Positions 31,070 through 41,267 of a DNA stretch of 64,000 nt are shown here, in pieces (position 1 is the first letter of the stretch; each line of letters opens with the position of its first letter). The translations under genes and the position numbers were made by a program. The notes below the pieces were generated by a model. That model was not told the DNA's origin, did not search any database, and worked only from the letters and a program-made list of their open reading frames with translations. Source of the stretch: Alphaproteobacteria bacterium (GTDB taxonomy: Bacteria > Pseudomonadota > Alphaproteobacteria > RF32 > CAG-239); assembly GCA_045577985.1 (NCBI GenBank), contig JAZNJJ010000024.1, forward strand, positions 82,041-146,040, given 5' to 3'.

Positions 31070-32127
31070 TATTGGTTCTCCAATGTTTCTAAGAGTTCGT
31101 ATTGTTTAATTTGTTTTTGAGGCATTTTCAGACCGAGATATTTATATCCCAGTTGTGAAACAATTCGTCCTCTGGGAGTTCGTTGTAAAAAACCTAGTTT
31201 TAGTAAGAATGGTTCTACAACCTCTTCAATAGTATCTCTTTCTTCAGAGAGTGCTGCTGCTAGAGTATCTGCTCCAACAGGTCCGCCTCCATAATTTTTA
31301 GCAATACAGTTTAGGTATCGTCTATCAAAGTTATCTAATCCAAAATCATCAACATCTAGGCGTTTAAGAGCGGTGTCAGAGATGTTTGAATCTATAATTT
31401 CCTTTGAAGCAATAGCTCCAAAGTCTCTAACTCTGCGTAATAATCGTCCGGCAATACGAGGAGTGCCTCTTGAACGTTTTGCAATTTCAAGAGCTCCATC
31501 TTCAGATATTTCAATATTTAATAATTTTGCATTTCGTTGAACAATTTTTTTTAGGTCATCATGAGAATAAAATTCTAATCTTAAGGGGATGCCGAAACGT
31601 TCTCTTAGAGGTGTTGATAGTAATCCTGAGCGAGTTGTCGCTCCTACTAAAGTGAATGGTTGAAGATCTATACGAACAGATCGGGCAGAAGGTCCTTCCC
31701 CTATAATTATATCAAGTTGAAAATCTTCCATAGCGGAATAAAGAACTTCTTCTATGGCAGGATTCAAACGATGTATTTCATCAATGAAAAGTACATCATT
31801 ACATTCCAGATTTGTTAAAATAGCAGCCAAATCTCCTGATTTAGAGATCATTGGTGCAGATGTTGCTCTAAAACCAACACCTAGTTCTTTTGCTATTATT
31901 GATGATAAAGTTGTTTTACCTAATCCCGGAGGACCAAACAATAAAACATGATCAAGGGCTTCTTTTCTTTGTTTGGCAGCTTCAATGAAAACTTTTAAAT
32001 TTTCACAGACTTCTTTTTGTCCGACAAAATCGTCGAGGGAAGAGGGGCGTAAACTTACTGGATTGTTTCCCACTAATTTATCTTCTTCTTGCATTTGAGG
32101 ACTGATTATTCGTGTATCTTCTTTCAT
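31069..32127 (-). CDS. ruvB: Holliday junction branch-migration ATPase RuvB
   Basis: AAA+ Walker [11 protein letters not shown] and sensor motifs. Confidence 0.95.
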   Translation of the reverse strand: MKEDTRIISPQMQEEDKLVGNNPVSLRPSSLDDFVGQKEVCENLKVFIEAAKQRKEALDHVLLFGPPGLGKTTLSSIIAKELGVGFRATSAPMISKSGDLAAILTNLECNDVLFIDEIHRLNPAIEEVLYSAMEDFQLDIIIGEGPSARSVRIDLQPFTLVGATTRSGLLSTPLRERFGIPLRLEFYSHDDLKKIVQRNAKLLNIEISEDGALEIAKRSRGTPRIAGRLLRRVRDFGAIASKEIIDSNISDTALKRLDVDDFGLDNFDRRYLNCIAKNYGGGPVGADTLAAALSEERDTIEEVVEPFLLKLGFLQRTPRGRIVSQLGYKYLGLKMPQKQIKQYELLETLENQ

Positions 32128-32129
32128 AA

Positions 32130-32771
32130 TTAGTATTCCTTATTAGCAAATTCCTTTAGTGATAAACGAATTAGGGTTGATATATTAGAATCGGGATTTT
32201 CACTCATAACTTTGGATACTACTCTGTATGCTTCAATGCGTTGATATCCTAAATTTATAAGTGCAGATAGTACATCCTCACTTTTGGAATAATCTTCACT
32301 GGAAGATATTTGCGGTTTGGTATTTTCTTGAGTAGCAGATAGTGCTTCTAAAGAATTAGAGTTTACAGGTATTGTAACAATTTTATCTTTTAACTCAGTT
32401 ATAATTCTGGCGGCTAGTTTTGGACCAACTCCTGTAGCTTGGCAGAATGACGATTTATCTTGTGCTCCAATAGCTTGAGATAATTGAATTGGTGTTAAAA
32501 CTGATAAAATGTTTAAGCATACCTTAGCTCCAACACCTTGTACCTTTGTTAATGTGTTAAACCACTCTTTTTCCCATGCATCGGCAAAACCGAAAAGGGA
32601 TATATTATCTTCTCGAACAATCATCTCTGTAAGTAAAATTGCTTCGTTTCCTATAGATAATTTACAAAGAGTTTTAGATGATGAATATACTAAATAACCA
32701 ATTCCATTTACATCTATGATACAATAGTCATCGTATATACTATCAATAATCCCTCGTAGTTTTGCTATCAT
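32130..32771 (-). CDS. ruvA: Holliday junction DNA helicase subunit RuvA
   Basis: HhH motifs; lies upstream of ruvB. Confidence 0.9.
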   Translation of the reverse strand: MIAKLRGIIDSIYDDYCIIDVNGIGYLVYSSSKTLCKLSIGNEAILLTEMIVREDNISLFGFADAWEKEWFNTLTKVQGVGAKVCLNILSVLTPIQLSQAIGAQDKSSFCQATGVGPKLAARIITELKDKIVTIPVNSNSLEALSATQENTKPQISSSEDYSKSEDVLSALINLGYQRIEAYRVVSKVMSENPDSNISTLIRLSLKEFANKEY

Positions 32772-32876
32772 TTTAACTCCTTTGTTTTTTTTAAGGTAAA
32801 CAAAATATTGACTTGTGGCAAGAGTTTTGTTGCATTTCTACAAAGTATAATTTATAAAAATAGATGAGAGGGATGT

Positions 32877-33422
32877 ATGAATTTTCTAGAAATATTTTGT
32901 TTATCTTTAGCCTTAGCAGTTGATGTTTTTGTTGTATCTTTTGCTTATGGAATTATAATGAAACGTAATTACTTTTATGTAATGTTTAGATTGGCCTTAA
33001 TTTGTGGCTTTATGCAAGGTTTTATGTCTTTTATCGGTTATTATGGAACATCTTTTATAGGTTTTTTATTTGAAGGTTATGTAAATATTTTAGTATTTAT
33101 TGTTTTTATGTTATTAGGAGGAAATGTATTTATAGATGCTTTGAAGCCTGAAAACAAAAGAAAAGTTCAAAAATTGACTTTGAAAGTTTCATTAGCAATA
33201 AGTATAATTACTAGTATTGATGCATTGGTTAGTGGCGCTATGCTTTATTTAACAAAGACTTCGTTATTTTGTTCTGTGTTAATTATAGGAATTGTTTCTT
33301 TTTTATCAACTATATTAGCTTTTAATTTAAATTGTTGTTTTAAAAAAGTTCCTGAAAAATATTTACAATTGTTTTCCGGTACTATTTTGGTTGGTTTAGG
33401 AATAAAAAACTTATTTTATTAA
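32877..33422 (+). CDS. mntP: MntP-family manganese efflux pump
   Basis: ALAVDVFVVSF resembles the MntP DAFA motif; about 181 aa with six TM segments. Confidence 0.6.
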   Translation: MNFLEIFCLSLALAVDVFVVSFAYGIIMKRNYFYVMFRLALICGFMQGFMSFIGYYGTSFIGFLFEGYVNILVFIVFMLLGGNVFIDALKPENKRKVQKLTLKVSLAISIITSIDALVSGAMLYLTKTSLFCSVLIIGIVSFLSTILAFNLNCCFKKVPEKYLQLFSGTILVGLGIKNLFY

Positions 33423-34159
33423 TACATTACTTTGTTTAGGTATAGTCCGCAGGCAGGAGCGCTAATACCGGCTTTAGTTCTGTCTTTGGCTTCTAAAATA
33501 AGCTTTACATCTTCAGGGGAAATTCTTTTGTTTCCCACTTCTTTTAGTGTTCCGACCATGTTGCGAACTTGATGATATATAAAAGAACGTGCTTCGACAG
33601 TAAATATAATTTCATCTCCAATTCGTTCAATATCTAATTTATCTAAAGTTTTAATAGGAGAGCGAGCTTGACAGCCAGCTCCTCTGAACGAACTAAAATC
33701 ATGATTTCCAAGTAAATATTTTGCTCCTTCTTTCATGATATTTACATCGAGATTGTACGGCACAAGCCAAACACGGTTTGTCAAGAGAGGGCTAGGAGCT
33801 CTTCTGTTTAATATTCTGTAAATATATCCACGTCCTTTTGCGGAGAAACGAGAATGAAAATTTTGATCTACTATTTCTGTTTTAATAACGCTTACTGGTG
33901 CAGAAAGTTCTCTTAAAAGGGCGTTAATACTTTCTTGAATTTTAAATTCATCTTTGTTTGAAGCGAGATCAAAATGAGCAATTTGTTCTAAGGCATGTAC
34001 ACCAGCATCAGTTCGTCCTGCTCCGTATACTTCAACATTTTGATGAGAGAATCCCTTAATGGCCTTTTCTAAAAATTCTTGAACGCTTGGGCCGTCTTTT
34101 TGTTTTTGCCATCCAACAAGATTTGTTCCGTCATATTCTACAGTTATTTTGTATCGCAT
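33419..34159 (-). CDS. truA: tRNA pseudouridine(38-40) synthase
   Basis: Catalytic GRTDAGVHA motif. Confidence 0.9.
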   Translation of the reverse strand: MRYKITVEYDGTNLVGWQKQKDGPSVQEFLEKAIKGFSHQNVEVYGAGRTDAGVHALEQIAHFDLASNKDEFKIQESINALLRELSAPVSVIKTEIVDQNFHSRFSAKGRGYIYRILNRRAPSPLLTNRVWLVPYNLDVNIMKEGAKYLLGNHDFSSFRGAGCQARSPIKTLDKLDIERIGDEIIFTVEARSFIYHQVRNMVGTLKEVGNKRISPEDVKLILEAKDRTKAGISAPACGLYLNKVMY

Positions 34160-34211
34160 TGTTTATCCTTCGTTACAGTAAGTTTAGAAATAAATTTATT
34201 AATGTCAAATA

Positions 34212-34241
34212 AAAAAAACTCTGCTATCAGCAGAGTTTTTT
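34212..34241. terminator. intrinsic terminator hairpin aaaaaaactctgctgatagcagagtttttt
   Basis: Perfect stem flanked by an A-run and a T-run, 17 nt after the stop of the 34258..35289 gene. Confidence 0.6.
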
Positions 34242-34257
34242 GAAAGATCGGATGTAT

Positions 34258-35289
34258 TTAAGCGACTTTTAATAAATTATCTTCTTCAGTTTTCTCTAAG
34301 AAACCTAATTTTTCTTGTACGGTCCAAATAACTCTTAATGCAGCTAATGCATCTTCTCCGCCAACTCTAGGAGTAGCTTCTCCATTAACACATTTTATGA
34401 AGTGCGTTAATTCGGCTTGAAGAGGTTGGTTTGTTGGAATAAATAATTGTTCAACACTACCTTTTAAGCCATAATTCATCCAATCAGGAATTTCTTCTTG
34501 ATTAACAAAAGGCATACGGCCTTGAGAATGTACATTTATGCTTTGGTTGATAAAATCCATATCAATGTAATTAGTGTCTGTCGTAACTGTTAATGTCCGT
34601 ACACGAGATTGAGTTATTCTACTAGCAGTGATGTTTGCTGTTGCTCCATTTTCAAATTCAAGCAATGCTGTAATATAATCTTTTCCCATAGGGCTTTCTT
34701 TTGTTTTTACAGAAGATGTTTGAACTTTAATCACTGGTGATTTTACGAGAGATTGGATTACTTCTACATCGTGTATCATTAAATCCATAGAAACATCAAC
34801 ATCAGTAATTCTTCCACTTGCTGCAGACATACGTTGGGCTGTTATTGAGCGAATTTTTGATGTATCAGAAAGAAGTTTTCCCATTTGTTCAACAGCAGGG
34901 TTAAATCTTTCAATATGACCAACCATTAGTACAACGTTGTTATTTTTAGCTGCATTAATTAATCTCATGCAACCTTCTTCTGTTGTTGCGAGAGGTTTTT
35001 CCATCATGCAGTGGATACCTTTATTCATGAAGAACTCGCCAACATCAGCATGAGTTATAGATGTTGTTACAACACTAACTGCATCGACGTTTGCTGCAAC
35101 TTCTTCCATTGATGTAAATGCCTTTATCCCAAAAGTTTCTGCAGCAGATTTTGCAGCTTCAGGAAATACATCATATACGCCAACGAGTTCAATTCCTTGC
35201 ATGGATTTATATGTTTTTATATGATTTTTTCCCATCATTCCTGCGCCAATTACGGCGACTTTAACGATATTATTCATAAAATACCTCAC
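34258..35289 (-). CDS. Gfo/Idh/MocA-family NAD(P)-dependent oxidoreductase
   Basis: N-terminal Rossmann motif VAVIGAGMMG and the typical family architecture. Confidence 0.75.
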   Translation of the reverse strand: MRYFMNNIVKVAVIGAGMMGKNHIKTYKSMQGIELVGVYDVFPEAAKSAAETFGIKAFTSMEEVAANVDAVSVVTTSITHADVGEFFMNKGIHCMMEKPLATTEEGCMRLINAAKNNNVVLMVGHIERFNPAVEQMGKLLSDTSKIRSITAQRMSAASGRITDVDVSMDLMIHDVEVIQSLVKSPVIKVQTSSVKTKESPMGKDYITALLEFENGATANITASRITQSRVRTLTVTTDTNYIDMDFINQSINVHSQGRMPFVNQEEIPDWMNYGLKGSVEQLFIPTNQPLQAELTHFIKCVNGEATPRVGGEDALAALRVIWTVQEKLGFLEKTEEDNLLKVA

Positions 35290-35397
35290 ATATTTAGCTA
35301 ATTACGTGTTTTATATGAGAGTTCATTAGCATATTTAAATTAAAATTGCTTTTAAAAATATGTTACAGATTGTTACAAATTGAAAGGAGTAATTGAA

Positions 35398-35991
35398 TTA
35401 TAGTTCTTTGCGAGCATTTAAAGCTAATTGAATGGTGCCATCATCCATATAATCTAATTCAGCCCCTATAGGTATTCCTTGAGCTAAGGTCGTTATTTTT
35501 AATGGTATTTCTTTTAGTCTAGATAACAGATAGTGTGATGTTATTTGTCCATCAATAGTTGCGGGTAAAGCCAAAATAACTTCTTTAATTGGTTCTTTTT
35601 TTAGTCTTACAAATAACGTTTCTATATTTAAATCATCAGGAGTTATCCCGTCAAGAGCTGATAAAATGCCTCCTAAGATATGATATTGCCCTTTATATTG
35701 GCCAATTCTTTCCATCGCCCATAGGTCGGCAACATCTTGAATAATACATATAGTTTCTTTATCCCTTGAGTTATCGCTACAAATATTGCAGATTGCTTCT
35801 GTATCATAATTTCCACATATAGGACATTTTATTACATTATCTGAAACATCTTGTAGAGCATTTATTAAAGGAAGCATTACAGCTTCTTTTTTCTTTAACA
35901 AGTGTAGAACGATGCGACGAGATGATCTAGCTCCCAATGCAGGGAGCTTAGACATTACTTTTATTAACTTTTCAATTTCTTTTCCTTGCAA
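35398..35991 (-). CDS. recR: recombination protein RecR
   Basis: C4 zinc finger CPICGN...CNIC and a Toprim domain; dnaX-ybaB-recR context. Confidence 0.9.
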   Translation of the reverse strand: MQGKEIEKLIKVMSKLPALGARSSRRIVLHLLKKKEAVMLPLINALQDVSDNVIKCPICGNYDTEAICNICSDNSRDKETICIIQDVADLWAMERIGQYKGQYHILGGILSALDGITPDDLNIETLFVRLKKEPIKEVILALPATIDGQITSHYLLSRLKEIPLKITTLAQGIPIGAELDYMDDGTIQLALNARKEL

Positions 35992-36000
35992 TTCTATATC

Positions 36001-36321
36001 CTAAAATGGAAGTTTTAATCCACCAAGGCCAACGCCATTTGTTGCATCTTTCATGCCCTCTTCCATCATGACGTCTATTTTATGATGGGCATCATTATAT
36101 GCGGCTAAAATTAAGTCCTCTAACATATCTATCTCATCGATATTTATTAAAGATTTATCGATGCTTATGCTTTTCATTTCAGATTTTCCATTAAGGACTA
36201 CCTTTACTAAGCCTCCTCCACTAGTACCTTCTCTTTCTTCTTGTCCTAGTTTTTCTTGTGTTTCTTGCATTTTGCGTTGCATTTGTTGTGCTTGTTTCAT
36301 TAATCCTTGAATGTTTAACAT
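36001..36321 (-). CDS. ybaB: nucleoid-associated protein YbaB/EbfC
   Basis: Length of about 106 aa and a conserved slot between dnaX and recR. Confidence 0.85.
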   Translation of the reverse strand: MLNIQGLMKQAQQMQRKMQETQEKLGQEEREGTSGGGLVKVVLNGKSEMKSISIDKSLINIDEIDMLEDLILAAYNDAHHKIDVMMEEGMKDATNGVGLGGLKLPF

Positions 36322-38013
36322 TTAATTTTCCTCATCTTCATAATTTTCATTATTGAATTCTTGAGCTATGAAATCAGAACTATCATCAAGTTCTGAATCT
36401 TCTAAAGCTTTACGAATAATTGTTTCTATCTTAGCACCACTAAATTCACTAAGTATAGCTTTTACTAATGGATATTCAGAGATATTTTTCTTATCTTTTT
36501 CTAAATCCTTGCTTTCTTTGAAGGCTAATGTTTCACCTAACGGTTCGTAATCAACATCTATAGTCCACTGTAATCCTGTTTCGGATTTTAGAAAATTACG
36601 GAGATTGGTTAAAAGGTTCTTGTCTGACTTTTCAGATAAAGCTATTTTCATTTTACCATTAGTAAATTCTTTAAATGACATATCATTTTTTACGGAATAT
36701 AGTAGTAGCATTTGTCTTTTGGCTGTTAATAACTTAACTAAATCTTCAGGAGAGGACAGTATCAGTGAATCGTCATTTGTAATAAGTTCTGATTCAATAT
36801 GATTGTTTGAATTTTGATTTGTTATTTGAGTGTTCACTTTAATAGTGGTTGATTTTTTTTTTACTTCCTTCAGTAATTCTGCAGGAGTTGGAAGATTTGC
36901 TGAGTAAGCTATTCTAATTAAAACCATTTCCAAAGCATCAATTTGTACATTTGCATATTGTATCTCATTAAGGCCTTTAATGAGCATTTGCCAAATTTTT
37001 GAAAGGATTGCTATTGGAGCTCCACATAATTTCTTGCACATATTGCGATCGTTTTCGCTAATTGATGCATCATTAATATATTCTGGTAAAATTTTAACTT
37101 TTGCTAAAAGATGTGTTATATCAATAAGATCTTGCAATATTACAAGAGGAGTTGCTCCATTTGTATATTGTTTTTGAATATTTTCTAAGACAGCGGAAAC
37201 ATCGCCTTCTAATAATTTTTCATATAAAGTGAATGTTTGCAATCTATCGGCTAAGCCAAGCATATTGTTTACTGTTTCTGCTTTGATTTTTCCGTCACCT
37301 AGAACTATAGCTTGATCTAACATTGATAATCCATCACGTGCAGAACCATCCGCTGCACGAGCAATCATTTGTAAAGCTTCTTCTTCTGTAGGAATGTTTT
37401 CTTTTTGTAGAATCTTATTAAACAGATTAATCAATGTTTCAACACTCAAACGTTGTAAATCAAAACGTTGACATCTAGATAATATTGTTACGGGAACTTT
37501 TCTTATTTCTGTTGTTGCAAATATAAATTTTACATGAGCAGGCGGTTCTTCTAGTGTTTTTAGTAATGCATTGAAGGCGCTTTTGGAAAGCATGTGTACT
37601 TCATCTATGATATAAACTTTAAAGCGAGCATTCGTTGGTTTATATCTTACCCCATCTAAAATTTCGCGCATATCATCAACGCCGGTTTTTGAAGCCGCAT
37701 CAAGTTCTATTACATCAATATGTCTATCAGCTGCAATTGCTTTACAGTTTTCACATACTCCACAAGGGTGTATTGTTGGACCACTATTTCCATCTTGGCC
37801 TAAACAATTTATTGCTCTGGCAATTAAACGTGCTGTTGTTGTTTTTCCTACACCTCTTATTCCGGTTAGAATATATGCATGATGTAATCTGTTATTTTTT
37901 ATAGCATTTGTTAATGTTTGTACTAAAGCATCTTGCCCCAATAAATCTTCAAAATTTTGAGGTCTGTATTTACGTGCTAATGCTATATATTGATTATCAT
38001 TAACTTTTGCCAT
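36322..38013 (-). CDS. dnaX: DNA polymerase III subunit tau (gamma possible via slippage)
   Basis: Walker A GIRGVGKTTTARL and a Zn-module Cys cluster; the internal A10 tract is noted separately. Confidence 0.9.
   Translation of the reverse strand: MAKVNDNQYIALARKYRPQNFEDLLGQDALVQTLTNAIKNNRLHHAYILTGIRGVGKTTTARLIARAINCLGQDGNSGPTIHPCGVCENCKAIAADRHIDVIELDAASKTGVDDMREILDGVRYKPTNARFKVYIIDEVHMLSKSAFNALLKTLEEPPAHVKFIFATTEIRKVPVTILSRCQRFDLQRLSVETLINLFNKILQKENIPTEEEALQMIARAADGSARDGLSMLDQAIVLGDGKIKAETVNNMLGLADRLQTFTLYEKLLEGDVSAVLENIQKQYTNGATPLVILQDLIDITHLLAKVKILPEYINDASISENDRNMCKKLCGAPIAILSKIWQMLIKGLNEIQYANVQIDALEMVLIRIAYSANLPTPAELLKEVKKKSTTIKVNTQITNQNSNNHIESELITNDDSLILSSPEDLVKLLTAKRQMLLLYSVKNDMSFKEFTNGKMKIALSEKSDKNLLTNLRNFLKSETGLQWTIDVDYEPLGETLAFKESKDLEKDKKNISEYPLVKAILSEFSGAKIETIIRKALEDSELDDSSDFIAQEFNNENYEDEEN
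36853..36862 (-). other. A10 homopolymer (T10 on the + strand) inside dnaX at codons KKK about position 385; candidate programmed slippage site
   Basis: Coding strand reads gta aaa aaa aaa tca. The -1 frame gives INHY-stop and the +1 frame gives QPLLK-stop. Confidence 0.45.
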
Positions 38014-38029
38014 TTGAATCTCTTTTGTT

Positions 38030-38125
38030 GAGGCGAAGGGACTTAGACCTTATTCTTTTCGTTACGGCTGCTTTCTTCCGAACCTGACCGGATTGGCGAA
38101 TTCATAACCCCAAGCCCTTCATTGA
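38030..38125 (-). ncRNA. ffs: signal recognition particle RNA (small 4.5S-type SRP RNA)
   Basis: The minus-strand sequence contains GGUCAGGUUCGGAAGAAAGCAGCC, matching the SRP RNA domain IV consensus. Terminal GAAGGG/CCCUUC pairing closes the helix, and the gene sits immediately upstream of dnaX as in many bacteria. Confidence 0.7.
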
Positions 38126-38171
38126 ACTAATATAATAATGAGCAAATAAAAGAACTTTGCAAGCGAAAAAT

Positions 38172-39536
38172 TTATTGTTGTGAGTTCTTTAGATTGTTAA
38201 GTAGCTCTTCTGGACTTTTTCCAAATATTTGCGGCATGTTGGTTTTCCAATCTTCTTCATCTGAAAAATTTTTTGAGTATTCAGGGTGTAGACTGTAGAA
38301 TTTTTGGGGAGCTGATTCTACTACCTTTTGTCCTGTTGATGTAACTCTTACGACATCTAGTCCATGTTCATTTTTTCCATTTTCAAATATTCTAAAGATA
38401 CCACTCATTCCGTAATATCCATCTAGATTAGTGATGTTTTGATAAATATTACTATCTTTCTTACGAGATAAGCCTGATGCTAGTGCAATTGCATCATATG
38501 CAAAAATTCCTAACCCATTTGGTCTTTCTCCGAACATTTCGTTATATTTTTGAGAAAAACGAGCCATTCTCGCTAATGACATGACTGGATAAACAGCACC
38601 ATATAATTCAGTTTCTTTATTTAAATTTGTATTTGCCCAAACGGATGTACCCATGAACAATATTTCCGGAGCAGATACATCGTAATAACTAAACATAGAT
38701 GTTATTGATTTTAATCTATTACCAGATTCTGGTACTAGAACGACATCAAAATCAAGTTCTACAGGTTCTAGTGGTTCTTCTAATTTTTCGATATCTTCTG
38801 GTTTCATTTGTGATATTTTGACTCTGTCCTCGCCAATTATATCAGCAACTAATTTTGAAAATTCCATGGCATCCGGTTGATAAAAGCCCGCTTTTACAAG
38901 TGTTACACCATATGATTGAGCCGAGTTGATTGCTGATTTAAACATATTTATTCCACTTTTATTGTCGGGTAGAACTATCGCTAGGCGTGTGCGATTTTTT
39001 GAAGCGGCGTATTTAATTATTTTATCGATTTGTTCTTCATTTAGTAAACCTAAAGAATATATGCCAGTTTGTAATACATCGGGAGCTGTAGAAAAAGATA
39101 TAACGGGGATATTATCATCCTTAGCTTCTTCGCTAATTGCCGAAACTTCTTCACTTAATAAGGGTCCTAAAATTAAATCACTTTTAGAATTTAAGGCATT
39201 CTTGATAGCTATTCTTGCGCCACTTGCGGAGCTTTGTGTATCAAAAAATTGTACAACTAGGTTATTATTATTTAAATCTCCGACAGCCATCATTGCGGCA
39301 TTTTTCATACTATTTCCCATGGCTTCAACTTTTCCGCTTAAAGGTAAAAGCATTGCAACACGAAAGCTTTCTTTATTTCCTAAATCAACGAAACTATAAT
39401 CTGTAGTTTCTACCATATTTAACGGAGATTGTTGGCCATAATTATAATTAATTCCGACATTTTCATTTTTTATAAGACTACAACCGGATATGTACATAAA
39501 GCATAAAATAATGTAGATTTTTTTTAACACTTGCAT
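38172..39536 (-). CDS. lipoprotein with a periplasmic-binding-protein type 1 fold; possibly an LpoA/LppC-like penicillin-binding-protein activator
   Basis: Lipobox YISGCS and a Leu/Ile/Val-binding-like fold; divergent from rsmI-yraN as in the E. coli lpoA locus. Confidence 0.45.
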   Translation of the reverse strand: MQVLKKIYIILCFMYISGCSLIKNENVGINYNYGQQSPLNMVETTDYSFVDLGNKESFRVAMLLPLSGKVEAMGNSMKNAAMMAVGDLNNNNLVVQFFDTQSSASGARIAIKNALNSKSDLILGPLLSEEVSAISEEAKDDNIPVISFSTAPDVLQTGIYSLGLLNEEQIDKIIKYAASKNRTRLAIVLPDNKSGINMFKSAINSAQSYGVTLVKAGFYQPDAMEFSKLVADIIGEDRVKISQMKPEDIEKLEEPLEPVELDFDVVLVPESGNRLKSITSMFSYYDVSAPEILFMGTSVWANTNLNKETELYGAVYPVMSLARMARFSQKYNEMFGERPNGLGIFAYDAIALASGLSRKKDSNIYQNITNLDGYYGMSGIFRIFENGKNEHGLDVVRVTSTGQKVVESAPQKFYSLHPEYSKNFSDEEDWKTNMPQIFGKSPEELLNNLKNSQQ

Positions 39537-39605
39537 TTTCCCTTAAAATATAAAACAATATACAAGTAATAGCTTTAAATATTTTTTTTGTAAAGTTTAA
39601 ATGAG

Positions 39606-40439
39606 ATGTTAAAAAATGGACTTTATATAATTTCTACTCCTATTGGTAATATTAAAGATATATCACAAAGAGCAATAGAGGTTCTGACGGAAGCTCAGTT
39701 TATTGCTTGTGAAGATAGTAGGGTAACTAAAAAACTTTTTTCTTTTTTGGGTATTTCTTTGCAGAAAAAATTTATAAAATGTGAAGATCATAGTGAAGAA
39801 AAACAAGCAGATAAATTTATCAGTTTAATTAAAGAGGGGAATATTGTTGCCTTGGTTAGTGATGCTGGATCTCCTCTTATTTCTGATCCTGGTTATAAAG
39901 TTGTGAAAAGATGTCAAGATCAAGGTGTTTATGTAACAGTTGTTCCCGGAGCTTGTGCTGTTATATGTGCTTTGCAGTTGTCTGGACTTCCTTCGAATCG
40001 TTTTATGTTTGCTGGATTTATTCCTAATAGAGATAAAGCTAGAATAGATCTGTTTAATGAATTAAAGAATATAAATACGACTCTTATTTTTTATGAAACA
40101 GCACCAAGATTATTAAAGTCTTTAGAGTGCGCTCAAGAATTTTTTGTTTCAAGGAAGATTTCTGTTATTAGGGAAATTACAAAATTATATGAAGAAGTTA
40201 TAACCGGTGAAATTAATGAAGTATTGGAACATTTTCGTAATAATGCACCTAAAGGAGAGTTTGTTTTTGTTGTTTCTCCACCAGAAAATATTAAAAAATC
40301 AATTGAAGATATAAGAGTTATATTGAAAGAAAAGTTAGCAGAAATGTCATTGAAATGTGCGGTAAAAGAAGTTTCTGATAAATATGGTGTAAATAGAAAT
40401 GATGTTTATACCTTAGCATTAGAGTTAAAAAATGAATAA
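39606..40439 (+). CDS. rsmI: 16S rRNA (cytidine1402-2'-O)-methyltransferase
   Basis: Tetrapyrrole-methylase fold with the N-terminus LYIISTPIGNIKDIS. Confidence 0.85.
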   Translation: MLKNGLYIISTPIGNIKDISQRAIEVLTEAQFIACEDSRVTKKLFSFLGISLQKKFIKCEDHSEEKQADKFISLIKEGNIVALVSDAGSPLISDPGYKVVKRCQDQGVYVTVVPGACAVICALQLSGLPSNRFMFAGFIPNRDKARIDLFNELKNINTTLIFYETAPRLLKSLECAQEFFVSRKISVIREITKLYEEVITGEINEVLEHFRNNAPKGEFVFVVSPPENIKKSIEDIRVILKEKLAEMSLKCAVKEVSDKYGVNRNDVYTLALELKNE

Positions 40440-40788
40440 TTATGTAAGCGGAAAAATTGCAGAAACAGTAGCTTGTTTATATATGATATTGAAGGGGTAT
40501 CATATTGTTTGTCGAAATTATGTGTCAGGTAAGGGGTTGGGGGCAGGTGAAATAGATTTTATTGCTACAAGAAGGAAAACATTAGTATTTATCGAGGTTA
40601 AAAAAAGAAAAACTTTAGATGATGCATCTTATGCAATTTCAAAAAAACAACAAGAAAGAATTATTCGCGGTGCAAAAAATTTTGTGAAACGGAATCCTTT
40701 TTATCGAGATTATGATATGCGTTTTGATGCTTTATTGGTTGCTTTTCCTTTTTATGTAAAACATCTTGCTAATGCATGGTCGGAGTGA
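40432..40788 (+). CDS. yraN: YraN-family (UPF0102) predicted endonuclease
   Basis: GEIDFIATRRKTLVFIEVKKR motif; overlaps the rsmI stop codon. Confidence 0.75.
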   Translation: MNNYVSGKIAETVACLYMILKGYHIVCRNYVSGKGLGAGEIDFIATRRKTLVFIEVKKRKTLDDASYAISKKQQERIIRGAKNFVKRNPFYRDYDMRFDALLVAFPFYVKHLANAWSE

Positions 40789-40889
40789 TGGAAAATAAAA
40801 TTAAATATGTTAGTTAAAAATTTATAGGACTTGAAATGATAAAAACTATGTGATATGTTCCATCGTATAATTTTGTTGGGAGCAAAAAA

Positions 40890-41231
40890 ATGATTGAAAT
40901 GCCAGAAAATTTAGTCGAGATGGCGTTGAAAACGATGGGTGACCGTTGGAAAGTTATGATTATTCAAGAATTGATGGACGGTACAAAACGTTTTGGTGAA
41001 ATAAAGAAAGAACTTGGTGATATTACTCAAAAAGTATTAACGTCAAACTTGCGTGCATTAGAGGAAAAAGGAATTTTGATTCGCACGGTATATGCTCAAA
41101 TTCCTCCGCGAGTTGAATATACTCTTACAAATTTAGGGTATAGTTTGAAACCTGTACTAGATTCTATGCGTGCATGGGCAGAAGAATATTATAATCAAAA
41201 TGTTAAAACGTTGATGCCAGATTTAGGATGA
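40890..41231 (+). CDS. HxlR-family winged-helix transcriptional regulator
   Basis: HxlR-type HTH (RWKVMIIQELMDGTKRFGEI...LTSNLRALEEKGIL). Confidence 0.75.
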   Translation: MIEMPENLVEMALKTMGDRWKVMIIQELMDGTKRFGEIKKELGDITQKVLTSNLRALEEKGILIRTVYAQIPPRVEYTLTNLGYSLKPVLDSMRAWAEEYYNQNVKTLMPDLG

Positions 41232-41240
41232 AGATTAAAA

Positions 41241-41267
41241 TAAAACTCCGCAAAGCGGAGTTTTATT
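41241..41267. terminator. bidirectional intrinsic terminator aaaataaaactccgcaaagcggagttttatttt
   Basis: Stem CTCCGC/GCGGAG flanked by A- and T-runs, between convergent genes. Confidence 0.65.

Noticed and set aside
32772-32876. Possible LexA/SOS box in the ruvA-mntP divergent promoter region.
   Set aside because: Neither GAAC-N7-GTTC (alphaproteobacterial) nor CTGT-N8-ACAG motifs were found by eye.
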